Of a DNA stretch of 36,387 nt, positions 13,144 through 26,009 are shown in pieces. The DNA is from Sphaeroforma arctica JP610 (Eukaryota). The first letter of the stretch is position 1. Each line of letters starts with the position of its first letter. The notes under the pieces were generated by a model, which saw only the letters and a program-made list of their open reading frames with translations, was not told the origin of the DNA and made no database searches. The DNA is taken from the NCBI RefSeq assembly GCF_001186125.1, contig NW_014040391.1, positions 90,260-126,646 of the forward strand. The letters are read 5' to 3'. The translations under genes and the position numbers were made by a program.

Positions 13144-13520
13144 GACTGGATGTTACGCTGAAAGTCGGTTTGTGAAATCCACAGTAGATCTGTTTGTATC
13201 GGCACGCAATGCACACACAGATAAGCACTACACAAATAACAGAATGCGCTCCTACAGGAGTGAGCGACAAGTAAATACATGGGCAACCTCACCGTGGGAA
13301 CTCATACCTGATGTCCTTGACAAAGTCATTGAAGAGGCAAACAGCGACACGATATGTGTACCATACTACCCCAATGCAACTTGATTTCCAAAATTCCTAT
13401 CTTTACTAGAAGAAGACCCGATGTTAGTGGAAAACACAAACAATGCGTTTCTCAAAGAAGGCACGAAAGCATGTAGCAAGCCCCATGGGGTGTCACCTTT
13501 ATCGCAAAGATAGAAGTGAA
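13144..13520 (+). pseudogene. N6-adenine DNA methyltransferase domain of copy A (decayed)
   Basis: DWML...TVDLFVSARNAHTDKHY...WATSPWELIPDVLDKVIEE...ICVPYYPNAT*FPK, with NPPW mutated to TSPW. Confidence 0.75.
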
Positions 13521-15249
13521 GTCTCCATACTTTGACTCAACGCTGGAACAACCTGCCATACATGTCTCAGCATCACAATCAGTGAACCCTGGAGATGCAT
13601 TGTATGAGACAGAATACGCGACACGTGTCAACATCATTGGGCAATACCACAACTTAAGATATCACACATCCGAAGGAACGGTGCACAAACTGCAAGCAAA
13701 TGGACACAATTGGCCACAAATCTAACAAAATGTACACAGATACATTGAAGAATGCGTACCGTGTCTCAAAAATAAGATCCGCAAAAAGGGATTCCATCCC
13801 TTTCAATCAATCAAAGCCACATTCTCAGGCGATAAAGTCCAAGTGGATACTCAAACAGAGGACGGACATATGTGTTAGTATGGCTAGATGTACACTCATC
13901 ACATGTCATACTCACACCAATAATGGACAAATCAGCAGCTACTGTAGCACGCACGCTGGTACCAATATTGTGCGAACATGGGTTCCCACAAATCATACAA
14001 GTAAATTAAGGCACTGAATAAGTTAATGATATACTCTGAAAAGTATTGAACAAGCGCCGACACAACACTTAGTTTCTCGCCCATACCAACCTAAAGTCTT
14101 AGGTGCGAATAACCGATCAAATAGAGACCTCATACCATTGTTAAGAAAATTCGTTGAACAAAACTCGGGCAACTGGTGTTCACGACTTACCTTCGTACAA
14201 AAGGGGCACAATCTGTGCAAATCGAGAAGGCATAAACCACCGAGAATTAATGTATATTTCGGTCGCAGACAGAACCGACCCACAGACTACTACACAACAG
14301 TAAACGCACCCTGTACGATAGTGTCATGGGAAGAGCGACTGCAGAATCTAGAAGAGGCAATCAGGCCACAACTACACTCTAATGTTGCGCAATCGTGCAG
14401 CATATGACCGAAAATACCAAAAGAAGTATGTACACATCCTGGAAGGGGTCATTGTCATGGTCCGCTATCAAGGTGAAATGAACAAGATGACAGCAACATA
14501 TAGCGGACCATCCAAAATAGTATGCAGGGAGGGCAATGGATATTTTGTTTGTCACCCTAACGGGACTAAAACCCCGGAATATCCTAACTCGGTCAGTGAT
14601 GAGCTAATTGGACTCGTAAAAAAGGCCAGTGCTCCGGAAGCATTTACTTCCAACGACCAAGTACAATTAGCCGAGAAGACTCGGTTCTCCTCGATACTCG
14701 ACCACAGGCCGTCCATCCAAGGTGATGAATCCCAGGATTACCTACTGCAATGAAGAGATGGACGTATGAATCAAACATCGCAGATGCCGATGCAAACGAA
14801 GGCAATCAAGGTCGACGAAATCAACAGCAAGGAGCACTGATGAAAGATCAGCGTGCAACAGAAAGCGCACAAGGCGGGGGACATAAGCAAGTCTCACTGC
14901 TACCAAGGGACTCTCCCACTTTTCTCACCTTGAACCATGCCCCGCCCACATATCAGAGGGATAAGGACCAAAGAGTCTGTTGTAAAGCCACCATTGAGAT
15001 GCGTTTTCCTAAGCCAAGTTGACACTGAAAGCACCGGCTAAGACTGAATCCGATGAGCGTGGCTGAGAACTCCCGATATAGTATAATTAATTGCTAGGAA
15101 ATATGTAAGATTAGATAATGTTGGTAGGTTTTTCATCTCAACCCCCTAAGGGACAAGCTTTCCCTGTACAAAAACACTCTAGATAATCCAGTACTGTAGG
15201 ATGTTACTTTCTACTCCTACGCAGGCTAAGAAGCATAAAGTTGGGAGAC

Positions 15250-15580
15250 TGTAGCATCTAGGGACCAGATTATTAAAAAGCTAATCCAAATACCAAAAAC
15301 CTCAGAATCGTCAAACATTGAGTTTTGGATTTAAGATTCAAATATTTCTGTTAGATTCATCAGAAATATTAGTGGTAGAACCGCGAACAATACCGGGACT
15401 TTGCGTGTGAGAGAAACATTCAAAAGTAGAAACTTGAGTCTAGAGAATTAGAAAACACAAATAAAGACTCTTTTCGGTTTTCTCGGACTAGGGACTTTTC
15501 CTAGCTGAAATAACCGTACTTGAGAAGAGGGATATTATATCCTTTGGCTCGTACCTTTCAGATACTCTCCATACTCTACA
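15250..15580 (+). mobile_element. 3' LTR of copy A (331 bp)
   Basis: TGTAG...CTACA termini, homologous to the copy C LTRs, preceded by purine-rich aagttgggagac. Confidence 0.9.
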
Positions 15581-16660
15581 CAGGCACTGAAACATCTTCG
15601 CAATCTTCAGCATTGCCGGCACCTTTTGTATCAAGGTTGCGCACCAGAACTCATACCATTAATGCGCTGACAGCGAGAATAGAACAAGAGCTACGGGTGC
15701 CAATATATCAAATTTTTATAAAACCTTATCCGCCGTGCCCAGATCGAACCCATTTTCAATCGATTCATTATTAGGAATAGGGCCAATGCGAGTAAGCAAT
15801 GTGGCTTCAGATGGGGCTCGTACTGGACAAGGCATTGCACCCGATGGCACTAGAATTGAAGCATCTATAAATACATCACAAGACTACACTACAACCACTT
15901 TCGTTACACCACAAAATACACTCACCGATATCTGCTCAAACAGCATCATCAACTTCATCTGAGACTACCTCAACATCGAGTTGATATATCACGAATCATT
16001 GACAATAGTACGGTTGAATTTGATAACGTGCGTGGTATCGAGGAACCATTTTCATTCACAGATTAATATATAAATTTCGGTCTTGTATACTAGCTGTCGT
16101 AAGATTGATTGAACTATGTGGCATATAAGAATATATTCCGAAACTGCAAATCAATGTTTGCTGCAGTGCTCCGTTTCATTCTGCCGCCAAAATTGATAGT
16201 CAAACTCCATAGTTTATATATGTATTCAGTCACGTAATTTCTATTGATAATATTTGCCAACATCAGCACCAAATTTCAAAAAACCTGGTACGACTATCTT
16301 TCATTCATCGGTAATTCATTCACAAACTCGTGTACGAATTCCGGGTGTATAATTTGTACTGACTGATCAAAATATTATCCACATTTTGGTCTTGTATACT
16401 TGCTGTTGTGAGATTGATCAATTTAAAGAGGTACACTCGGGTATTTCCCGTAATTGTAAATCGATATTGGCCATAGTATTCCGTTTTAATCCGTCGAAAC
16501 TGATCATAAATCAGACCATATGGTTTGTATTCGTATAGTATCAATCGTGACAATCATTCATATATACGTAGAAGTCTTTCCTTTTCGAGAGAAATTTTAT
16601 CATAGACAGACCGGCAAAGAATGGTTATGTGGAAAACACGTCTTGTCATGATATAATATT
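15581..16660 (-). pseudogene. decayed ORF with two copies of the unidentified INLTTASIQD domain
   Basis: ORF 16320-16553 reads LILYEYKPYGLIYDQFRRIKTEYYGQYRF...INLTTASIQD. A second copy lies at ~16070-16230, and a stop-peppered frame continues toward 15581. Confidence 0.45.
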
Positions 16661-17191
16661 GATCAAAAAATATATATATAGAAATTTCTGATACATAAAA
16701 GTAGGTCGTAGACCGGGAAAAAATGGTCTTATTGTGGAATGATATGTTTCTTATAATATGATATTTAACAATATGGTATAAAGTGAATTTAGAACATCTC
16801 TTTTATGTGTATTCACCTGTACGTCTGTGTCAAATATAATATTGCTACGAAAGTTGAAGATATATCCATATGACTTGACTGTATGACCTGTGTTAAAGTG
16901 TAATATATTAGAGTGCAATGTAGTAGACTTTGAATTAAGTGCAAATGTATGTATTTATTTCTGACCTCACCTTTGGTTTTATACCTAAGGTGTTTGTGCT
17001 AGTGTTCAGCCACTTGGGCTGGCCAGGGTAAAGAATCATATGGTCAGTATGAGAAACCTTCTGCAGATCACTTTAACACTTCAATGCGATTCAATTTCGA
17101 CTTCTTTGCAACTAAACCTCACGCTGATCACATGATGCCTTTCCGCATAGGTTGTGACTCACATAGAACCGCAGTTATTTTTAGAATGTTG

Positions 17192-17315
17192 CGGTTGGCA
17201 GACTTAATCCACTCTCGGAGTCGGTTGAGAAACTTAATCTACTCTCGGGAGTCGGTTAAGTATTAGCTAAACTCTCGGGAGTAATTTAAGCAACTTGATT
17301 AGTTCTCGGGAGTGA
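17192..17315. repeat. ~30-bp tandem repeat x4 with a quasi-palindromic core ACTCTCGGGAGT
   Basis: Cores at ~17211, 17241, 17271 and 17302. Confidence 0.8.
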
Positions 17316-17649
17316 ACTAACTCTGACGACTTCTATAAATCAAAGAGGGTTTCTTGCTGTAAATTCTGTCCTGAGACCTGTAGTCTCTCAACCTGCCTAA
17401 ATATATTAAAATGGAATAAACTCGTATAACTGAGTGCATATACATCACACCGGTTACAAAAGGATGCGTGAAGGAAAAGCGTCGCTTGCTAAAGATCAGG
17501 CAGACGCACAAATTCACAATCCTATGAACATGAGCCCCTAATAGTAAAATCTAAAAATGAAAGTTGTAAACGAAACAAATGTACTACAAATTGAGACAGT
17601 CCCATATTCGATCAAATTGATATAAAAAGTTCACGTGTTGCACAAAGCT

Positions 17650-20600
17650 ACTTGATTACAAATGTAATGCAAGCCACAAATCGAATAAACAGACCAATTC
17701 ACACTGCCAAAGTATATGAAAATCCCAAATCTAAACCTGAAAAGCGAAATCGTATTCAAAACAGTCGCAGCACCAAAAAACAAATACTCAAAGAACATCA
17801 ACAACGTCAGCAAAAGAGACGACAAACGATCAAAGATGATGAAATGCTGCTGATCAGACAGAAAGACGCAGAAATCACAATCTTGCACGACATAATAAAA
17901 AAAAGCAATACCATACATTGTATCGCAAAAGATTACCAGAATTAGTAGCAGTATTGAAAAGCAACAAGGATGCAAAAACAACATGCGCACGATCGAAAAT
18001 GTCATCAGACATGATATGTTCAAAACAAAACAAAAATAGATATATTTGAATGCAAGCAGATACGGCCGGCCCATGTACATCCAAGGAAACGTTGAACATC
18101 AGAATTGTATGTCTATACAGCACAATATATATGCAGACAAGAATACACCCCCAAATAACGCCTATCCAGTATCACCCGGTGAGCCATATGTGACTAGTCC
18201 TCGTCGCAGTTCACAAGAAAATCTGCAGAATCGGAAAAATGAGGTATAAATTGACGGTCAACCTACGAATGATTATGGTCTTAAACAACTTCATTAGAGT
18301 ACATGCTTAAGTAACATACCACTATTTCCATGTGAAGCTATTACCTAAACCAAATACAATGGAAAAAGTCAAGAATTGTATAAAGAACTATGCAGAAAGT
18401 ATGAACCATACAAAAGTACAATGTAGTAGATTTTAGGGTTTTAATAAATAATTATATATGTAACAATCCTAAGAAGCAAATGGCGATACATTCAAATCCT
18501 CTCAGCAGTAATGATACGAAGGATGGTTGTATTTATTTTAATTACATGAGAATCTGATACGTGAACATCATGAATTTGATCTATGCTTGCACTGCAAGCA
18601 AGGGTTTAAAAAGGGAAAGCTGTATAAACCTATTGTATAACGGTTTCAATCCTGGGGGAATAAGAAGATACAAACATATACACAATTTACCCGAGCCGAC
18701 TTTCATGAACCTTACGTTCCTACCATTAGCACATTTATTTAAAAATATAGTACAATTAACTGCACACTCAGATATTATGGCCCTTAAACGTATGAGCCAT
18801 ATGTTCGATTTTCCCATGGATGGACACAAAAAAAAAATGCAGAAAGGTGCCGAATATCGAATTTGTACGTATGCTGTATTGCTTGATTGTAGGCAAAGTT
18901 AAAGACGTAAAGAAGTACATGGACTTTGCAGCTAAATGTGAGCAATACACATGATTTTTTACTGTTAGACCTATTATCGTATATTAGTATTTGTCTTTAT
19001 TGAAGCAATAGGACATTTTGTATATAGATATTGATATTTGATAGCATTCAAATTGAACAGTAAGAAGCTGAAATTAAAGAATTCTCAAATAATATATTAT
19101 CAGAAGCGAATGTTGCAAGCCATCAAGACAACGAAATTGGCCAACGATAATGTAGCGAAACAAGCTGTGTCGTGAAATATACAACATGTAGCATCTTCAA
19201 CTACCCTGAAGCAAATTCAAAACATTGGATTAAACAAAACCGATACTGTTTTATACAATCTGTCAGGGTTAAATGAATCCGACATAACTGACGAATTAAG
19301 AAGTGAGCCACACAATTCAGAGGAAACCGCTATATAAAAAAGTAATACACAACAAGGTAACACAGGTGTACAAATCGAACCTCAAAGGCATCCCATCAAT
19401 GGATACACGAAGAACACGACACTCATGCATTCCTGGTTTCCATTATTATTCCCTACCGATACTGAAACTAAATAAAAGGAAGCTCTACCGCCACAATTGT
19501 TGGACCATCTCTTACACTATAATGATGGTAGATTTGCTACCAAATCTGACTTTATAATCCTGAATACAAATTAGATACATAGGCATGAATGTGCACACTC
19601 TGTAAATCTACTATTTTTTAACCATCCTGCGAAATTAAATAATACTTGATGCAGTGAATGACCCTGAATTCAAGTAACAAATGTATTACGCTACACATAA
19701 CCCAAAGTCCAAAGAAGCAAACTATATACTGAAAATATTCTTTCCACTATTGAAAGTGAAAAACAGTAGCACATTACTTTCGAGATATCTATCAGCTATA
19801 TTTTTAAATACAATCTATGCTCAGCACTATTTCTATGGCCCTGCTTTCCATTCCATTATCATATCCTAGGCAAAGTGTCTCAAAACACGCAGAAGAAGGC
19901 ATTCTGCGTGTCGATTTACAATGCAAGAATCCCCTCATCGCTGCTGATATATATAAGCGCATCATTCAAACTTTTTAAGTACAACTGTTGAAAGTTCCTT
20001 ACTCCACGCGAAATTCGACACAAGCATGTACTCAGCCAATAGGCGTTGCGGTTAAAGCACTATCCATTACTCGCAGAGACGCGTGCCAAAACCGTGGGCT
20101 TTGTATACCACTACCACCTTCATACATTTGAAGACATTATTGTGATAGACTGAACAAACAATTATTCCCGGTTATAGATTTACATTTATCCACAACTGTC
20201 TACAGGCACACATGTGTTAATACCAACAACTATAACTACGAACTGAGGCGCAAGTTTTATAATTTTCTGAAGCACGTGAAGGTACTCCTAATCAACACGA
20301 ACTGCACATGCCAGATACAACCAATCCCGCTTCTGATTACGGCAACATGGTGGAAACAGAATATAAAATACAGCACCTGAAAATCATACTACTTATTTTG
20401 CTCCAACACCAGGCAATATAGATCCCGCAGATGAGTATAAATTAATGGATATAGATGAACATATCGATTCAGATAGCATTTGCTCTTGTGGCAACACTGT
20501 CGATAATGCAACCGAATATATGAATATAGAAAGTGAAACCTAGATAAATCGAGTTTTCAAGCGCGGTACCGATATCCGTGCACAAAAAACGAACGGATTC

Positions 20601-22110
20601 AATCCATGTTTATATATGGGCATGGATATAGATACTAATATAAATTCAAGTGATCAAAAGGCAAGCGATGATTCTATACGTATACATTTCAATAAACCAC
20701 TGTAGCCCAACCCAACCCCTACTATACCAAAACAAAATAAACAGTACAAAGCACTATACTACTACGACAAAAAAACACAATAGCTCAGAACACTAGTGAT
20801 GCATTGAATTGAAAAAGGTTGATGTAAATTTCCTGGTCAATTTTTTGAAAATGCATACAAGACTGAAGGTAGAGGCAGGGCTCCCGCCTTCAGGAAGGAT
20901 GAATCATACATCCTTTCGGATCCTCACTCTTTTCAAGACTAGAGTGGGGTACTCGAGAGGTGGCGTGTAGGAGGAGTGGTGGATGTCAAGGACATCCTAC
21001 ACCTTCGGTCCCCCAATATAACACAAATACATAAGTGTGAATTTACTTGTGCTAAGGGCAAATCAGAAAAGATCGGTTGCCGTATGGCCAAACCACCACT
21101 GTTACCACCAATCACTCAATTTCTAAAACTGACATGCGGCAATATTCATGCCCCATTTTCTGCTCAACCAGTAACAAATATACCTCTCCTCTTACTGCGT
21201 AACAAACTCAGGCACGGGGTGATGATCGTTGTATCATTTTAGTGACAAAAAGTAAAAAAATATAAGACGCACGTTTCAAAGGTTAGAACATACCAAGTCT
21301 TATGGGGAACAAAGAAGACTTCTTGATCACAGATCCTCGCCTGGGTTTACAATAATATTCTATGGCTAAGAATTTTTCAAACTTCATTCGAGACTCTAAA
21401 TACAGGACCTCTATTTTTTGCATGAGCAAAACTCTCATAGATCCCTTGAGCAACAACTCAGCTAGATACATGGAGGAGCAGGAGTAGGTAAATCCTGGTC
21501 AGTGAATACTGTTTAACAGAAACTTGAACATTCTCATATACGAATAAGTGCCTTCACTGGAGTATCCTCTATTCTACTCCCAGACGGTGAGACACTATCG
21601 AAGTAATTTTCTATACCATGTGATAAGGAAAATATCATCCACTTGAAACAAGTATAAGCTTGTGTTTGAAACAAAAGCCATGAAAGTTGCATGTATTAGT
21701 CATAGATGAAGTATCACTTGTGTCTGAACAGCAATTATACTAAGTGAATAGTAGACTGAAAGATATTTAGAATATTGATTTCAATCTTTTCAGTGGCATA
21801 AGTGTAATACTAGTGGGTGATTTGAAACAGCTCCCCTCATACCTCCAAGCAACAAGCCGTTCATAAGACTATGTTACACTGCAGCAATAAAACTAACGAT
21901 ATGTTTGCTAGACATATACTCAAACATTTACTGTGTATCAATATGCAACACAACACAAACACAAGACCCGAAACACATGAATTTCTTAATAAAGTTCGAA
22001 TCAAATAGTAGAGTATTGAAAAATAACTTTTAAACGATGGATGGCCGCACCCAATGTATGTTTAGTAAACAAAAAACGTAGAGCAACAAATGACTAGACT
22101 CACGGTATAG
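17650..22110 (+). mobile_element. degenerate Helitron-like RepHel element (boundaries approximate)
   Basis: Successive fragments: NGFNPGGI..HNLPEPTF..IVQL..ALK (~18640-18790), SWFPLLFP (~19430), YNDGRFA (~19520), FYGPAF (~19830), NPLIAADIY (~19930), TEGRGRGS (~20862), HKCEFTC-x-K...CRMAKP (~21030), then PIF1 helicase motifs. Confidence 0.8.
21460..22110 (+). pseudogene. PIF1-family (SF1B) helicase domain of the Helitron
   Basis: Walker A HGGAGVGKSW (21469-21498), motif Ia AFTGVSSILLPDGETL, Walker B VLVIDEVSLV (from 21687), and motif III FSGISVILVGDLKQLP. In-frame stops are present. Confidence 0.88.
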
Positions 22111-23080
22111 AACTATCACAGGCATTTACAGGGTGACAGGATGCAAATCGAACTCATCGGGGATGTGAGACATCAAACGCAGATTTCACAACACCTTTTT
22201 CATTTCACTCGCATATATTCCACTTGTTCAAAACAAAAACCACACCATGTTAAGCAATCAGCATCCGTTTTCAACCCAGTTGTAACAGTTGCTTGTACTG
22301 TACTAGGGCGTATCTAATTGACCATACATCTCAAGGTTAAATACTTAAATCGCTTCCAACACAGTACTGCCGTGCGTGCCGGCCTGCCATATGTATAATA
22401 GTCGACAAACGTATTTGAACTCAATTCCAAACACGAAACGTTTCTTGTATTTGGATGTGGTTTCCGATCGCCATATCACCAATGTGGATAGCACGCTATG
22501 TGCAAGTAGGAGAGGACAACAGCGGGCTACGAACAAAGGATAATAAGGAAGAAGTAGCAAAATTGTATCAAGCGGACCTCAATAACTTCAAAAGCAAAAT
22601 CCTTGCTATGAAAAAAGTATACGTAGGTGAGATGCTAAAACATTTAGATCGTATTCTATATTGATTAACCAAACAATCTCAATCGTGATCACTGGGTCAA
22701 GGAGAATCTAGCACGCCTGCATACAAGCAAAAAAAACAACTGCATAAATTGATGTTCACGTTGTTGGATTCCCAAAGCGCTCTTCTTATATACGAGAGAT
22801 TCTCGCTTATGAATATTGATTAGATAGGTACAGCGTTAAAATTAACGTGTACATATTAACAAGTCGATCCCCATTCATTGTCGCGATTTGAAGCTCCCTA
22901 TGTACAAGTGCGTGGTCTCGCGGTCGCCAACGGCAGATATGTTTACCGTTCTAAATAATCTACGGTAAGCTTTTATAAAATCTGTTTGTCATCTAATCGC
23001 TTTCACATCTACCAGCAGCCATCGAACTATCGTTGGTTCCAAAACCACTATCACTATTCCAGATCACAGGTCAGCCTTGC

Positions 23081-23166
23081 AGGCGTCATCTTTCACCTCA
23101 GAATCAAGGCGTCCTCCTTCGTACCCCTCACGTTGAGGCGTCCTCCTTCGTACCCCTCACTCAAGG
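23081..23166. repeat. 29-bp tandem repeat (2 near-exact copies plus 1 partial)
   Basis: aggcgtcctccttcgtacccctcac at 23107 and 23136, with a partial copy at 23081. Confidence 0.85.
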
Positions 23167-23600
23167 TCTTAACTGACAAGAAGTTTTATTGAACAATAGC
23201 CGTTTTTATGTAGTAAAATGTATGGCTGTATAAAACACAGCCTTGACAAGGATACAGCCCAATACGACGGAGAATGTGCTTTTGTTGGCTTAGTACTGTT
23301 TTACAAATTCCAGGGGTTAATTTAGAAATCTGTGAGTTCGTTTAGCGAAGTCTTCTATACTATAAAAACCATTTACCATCCAGTACAGATTGGAATCATC
23401 AGCTCACTTAATGTCATCTTCCTGGAAAACAGATAACTATTCTGAATATAGTAAAAATTATCGTGTAGATAACACATGAAAATAAGATGAAAATAAGACA
23501 ACCACAACGGTTCGATTCATATTTCGTTATCAAGCTGAACTTTGTGATATTCACAAGCTTATTTGATAAATATCAAGCTAAATAGGATTGTGATTTCAGT

Positions 23601-23680
23601 TTTGATAAGTAGGCTTAGACGATCGAGTAGAGAAGTACCGTTTGACAAGTAGGCTTAGACGATCGAGTAGAGAAGTACCC
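23601..23680. repeat. 40-bp tandem duplication
   Basis: tttgaYaagtaggcttagacgatcgagtagagaagtacc occurs twice. Confidence 0.95.
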
Positions 23681-23870
23681 ACTATGTCAGTTCATACAGA
23701 ATACCATCACTAGTCGCAGCCGCAAAAGGATTTCACCCAGATTGGAATCGCGTGGGGGAAACACTTTCGCGTATTATAAATCAGAAGGACAAATATATAC
23801 AAAAAGCTCAGAAGAGGAGGAATGTACTTGGGATTTAATTCGTGGAGATGATCAGTGGTACTGGTATCAG

Positions 23871-24196
23871 TGTAGAGTATGGAGAGTAGCTGAAAGGTAC
23901 GAGACAATAGGATACAATAGACCTCGTCTCAAGTACGGTTATCTCAGCTAGGAAAAGTCCCTAGTCTGAGAGAACCGAATTGAGTCTTTATTTGTGTTTT
24001 CACTAGACTCAGGATTTACTTGAGTGTTTCTCTCACACGCGTGAGTCCCGTTATATCTTACCGGTTCTACCGCTAATATTTCTGATGACTCTAATATCAG
24101 AAATATTCCAATCCTAATTCCAAAACTCAATATTTGATTATTCTGGGTTTTGGGATTTGTATTGGCTTTTTGATAGTCTGGTCCATAGATGCTACA
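23871..24196 (-). mobile_element. 3' LTR of copy C
   Basis: Direct repeat of 32485-32810, with about 20 mismatches by manual alignment. Confidence 0.96.
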
Positions 24197-24566
24197 GTTC
24201 CCCAACGTTGTGCTTCTTAGCCTGCGTAGGAGTAGAAAGTGACATCTTACAGTACTAGATTATCTAGAGGTTGCTGTTTGTATACAGGGAAAAACTTGTC
24301 CCTTAGGGGGCATAAAATGAAAAACCTGCTACCATTATCTATTACATATTACCGATTAATTAATTTATACTATAGCAGGAGTTCTCTACCACGCTCATCG
24401 GAGTTAGTCTTGACCGGTGCTCTCGGTTGATCTCAACTTGGCTTAGGAAAACGCATCTCAACGGTGGCTCTACAGCCGAGTCTGGTCTTTGCCCCTCTGG
24501 TGTGTAGGGGGAGCATGCTTCTAGGCGAGAAAAGTGTGAGTGTCCTGTGGTATCAGTGAGACTTGC

Positions 24567-25070
24567 TTAGGTCCCCCGCTTCGTGCGCTGTCTGTGGCTC
24601 GCTGATCTTTCATCAGTGTTCGTTGTCGCTGGCTTCATTGGCCTGGACTGCCTTCCTTTACGTCTCCGGCGTTGACGGTATGCTGTATTGACATCAGCAT
24701 CTGCGATGTCTGATTCATGCGTCCATGTACGCTCACCATCTAATGCAGTAGGTACTCCCGGGATCCATCACCTCGGATGGATGGCCTGTCGTCGACTATC
24801 GAGGAGAACTGAGTCTCCTCGTTTGGTTGTACGTGATTATTGGAAGTGAATGCTTCCGGAGCACTGGCCCTTTTTACGAGACCAAGTAGCGCATCACTGA
24901 TCGAGTCAGGATATTCGGGGGGTTTTAGTCCCATTAAGGTGACAGACAAAATACACGTTGCCCTCCCTGCATACTATTTTGTATGGTCGGCCATTTGGTG
25001 CTGTTAACCTGTTCATTTCACCTTGATAGCGGACCATCACAAGGTCCCCTTCTTTACATACTTCTGTTGA
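24567..25070 (-). pseudogene. integrase C-terminus of copy C: GPY/F region and chromodomain
   Basis: KEGDLVMVR...NGRPYKIVCREGN, then FSSIVDDRPSIRGDGSREYLLH / DGERTWTHESDIADADVNTAY across a frameshift. Stop at 24567-24569. Confidence 0.8.
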
Positions 25071-25129
25071 TATTTTCGATCTTATGCTGCTCACATCTTC
25101 TCTTGATACTGTGCAACGTTGCTATCTAG

Positions 25130-25890
25130 TTGTGGCCTAATGGCTACTTCTAGATTTTGCAGTCGCTCTTTCCACGATACTGTTGTACTGGGTGCGGTCA
25201 CTGGCTCATTGTAGTCCGTGAGTTAATTTTGTCTGCGACCAAAGTACACATTAAAGCGCGGTGACTTGTGTCTTCGGGATGTACGCAGATTATGGCCCAT
25301 CTGTACGAATGGAAGTCGTGAACATCAGTTACCTGGATTCTGTTCAACGAATTTCCGTAACAGTGGCATGAGATCTCTATGTGATCGTTCGTTCGCGCCT
25401 ATGACTTTAGGTTGATACGGCCGAGAGACTAGGTGTTGCATTGGCGCTTGTTCAACAACTTTTGCGAGTATGTTGTTAACATATTCAGTGCCTTGGTCCG
25501 TTTGTATGATTTGTCGAAACCCATGGTCACACATAATTGGTACCAGTGTGCGTGCTATGGAAGCCGCTGATTTGTCCATCATTGGACGCAACATGATGTA
25601 CGATGAATATAGATCAAATCATACTAACACATATGGGTGTCCTCTATTGGAATCCAATAGTGGCCCTATGGTGTCCACTTGGACTCTGTCGCTTGGATAT
25701 GCGGCTGTAATTGATTGTAAGGGGTGAAATCCCTTTTTGTGTATTTTATTTTTGAGACATGGGTATACATCCCATCAATGGACATGTGTACATGTTGCTG
25801 GATATCAGCCCAATCATGTCCATCTGCTTGCAACTTGTGTACTGTTTCCTCAGGAGTGTAGTGTCCCAAGTTGTGGTATTGCTCGATGAT
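25130..25890 (-). pseudogene. DDE integrase of copy C (HHCC finger plus catalytic core)
   Basis: YHNLGH...C-x-x-C (frameshifted), GFHPLQSITA, VQVDTIGP, IQTDQGTEY and RPYQPKVIGANERSH. Confidence 0.92.
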
Positions 25891-26009
25891 ATTGACACGT
25901 GTCTCATATTCTGTTGCCTGTGGTGCGTCTCCAGAGTGAACTGGTTTTGACGCTGCAACGTATATAGCAGGTTGTTCCCGCGAGGAGTCAAAGTATGGAG
26001 ACTTAGCTC

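Larger units (their letters stand above)
10740..14886 (+). pseudogene. pol: pol of copy A (PR, RT, RNase H, MTase, integrase, chromodomain), multiply disrupted
   Basis: Motifs VDSRAQR, FFSMLDL, degenerate CVND for YVDD, ASDYGIGGCL, VDLFVS, YHNLRY, RPYQPKVLGAN, YSGP and FSSILDHR..DYLLQ. Stop at 14884-14886. Confidence 0.88.
7872..15580 (+). mobile_element. Ty3/Gypsy chromovirus-like LTR retrotransposon, copy A (5' LTR missing, heavily decayed)
   Basis: Order is gag-PR-RT-RH-MTase-IN-chromo, collinear with copy C. The 3' LTR is at 15250-15580. Confidence 0.9.

Noticed and set aside
22340..22830. Coding-like stretch after the Helitron helicase (also 1556-1819 and 3644-3862)
   Set aside because: No recognisable motif, so no call can be supported.
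24075..24107. Hammerhead ribozyme-like CTGATGA...GAAA in the LTR
   Set aside because: No stem II pairing and no room for stem I. The motif is on the antisense strand and is a by-product of the inverted repeat.
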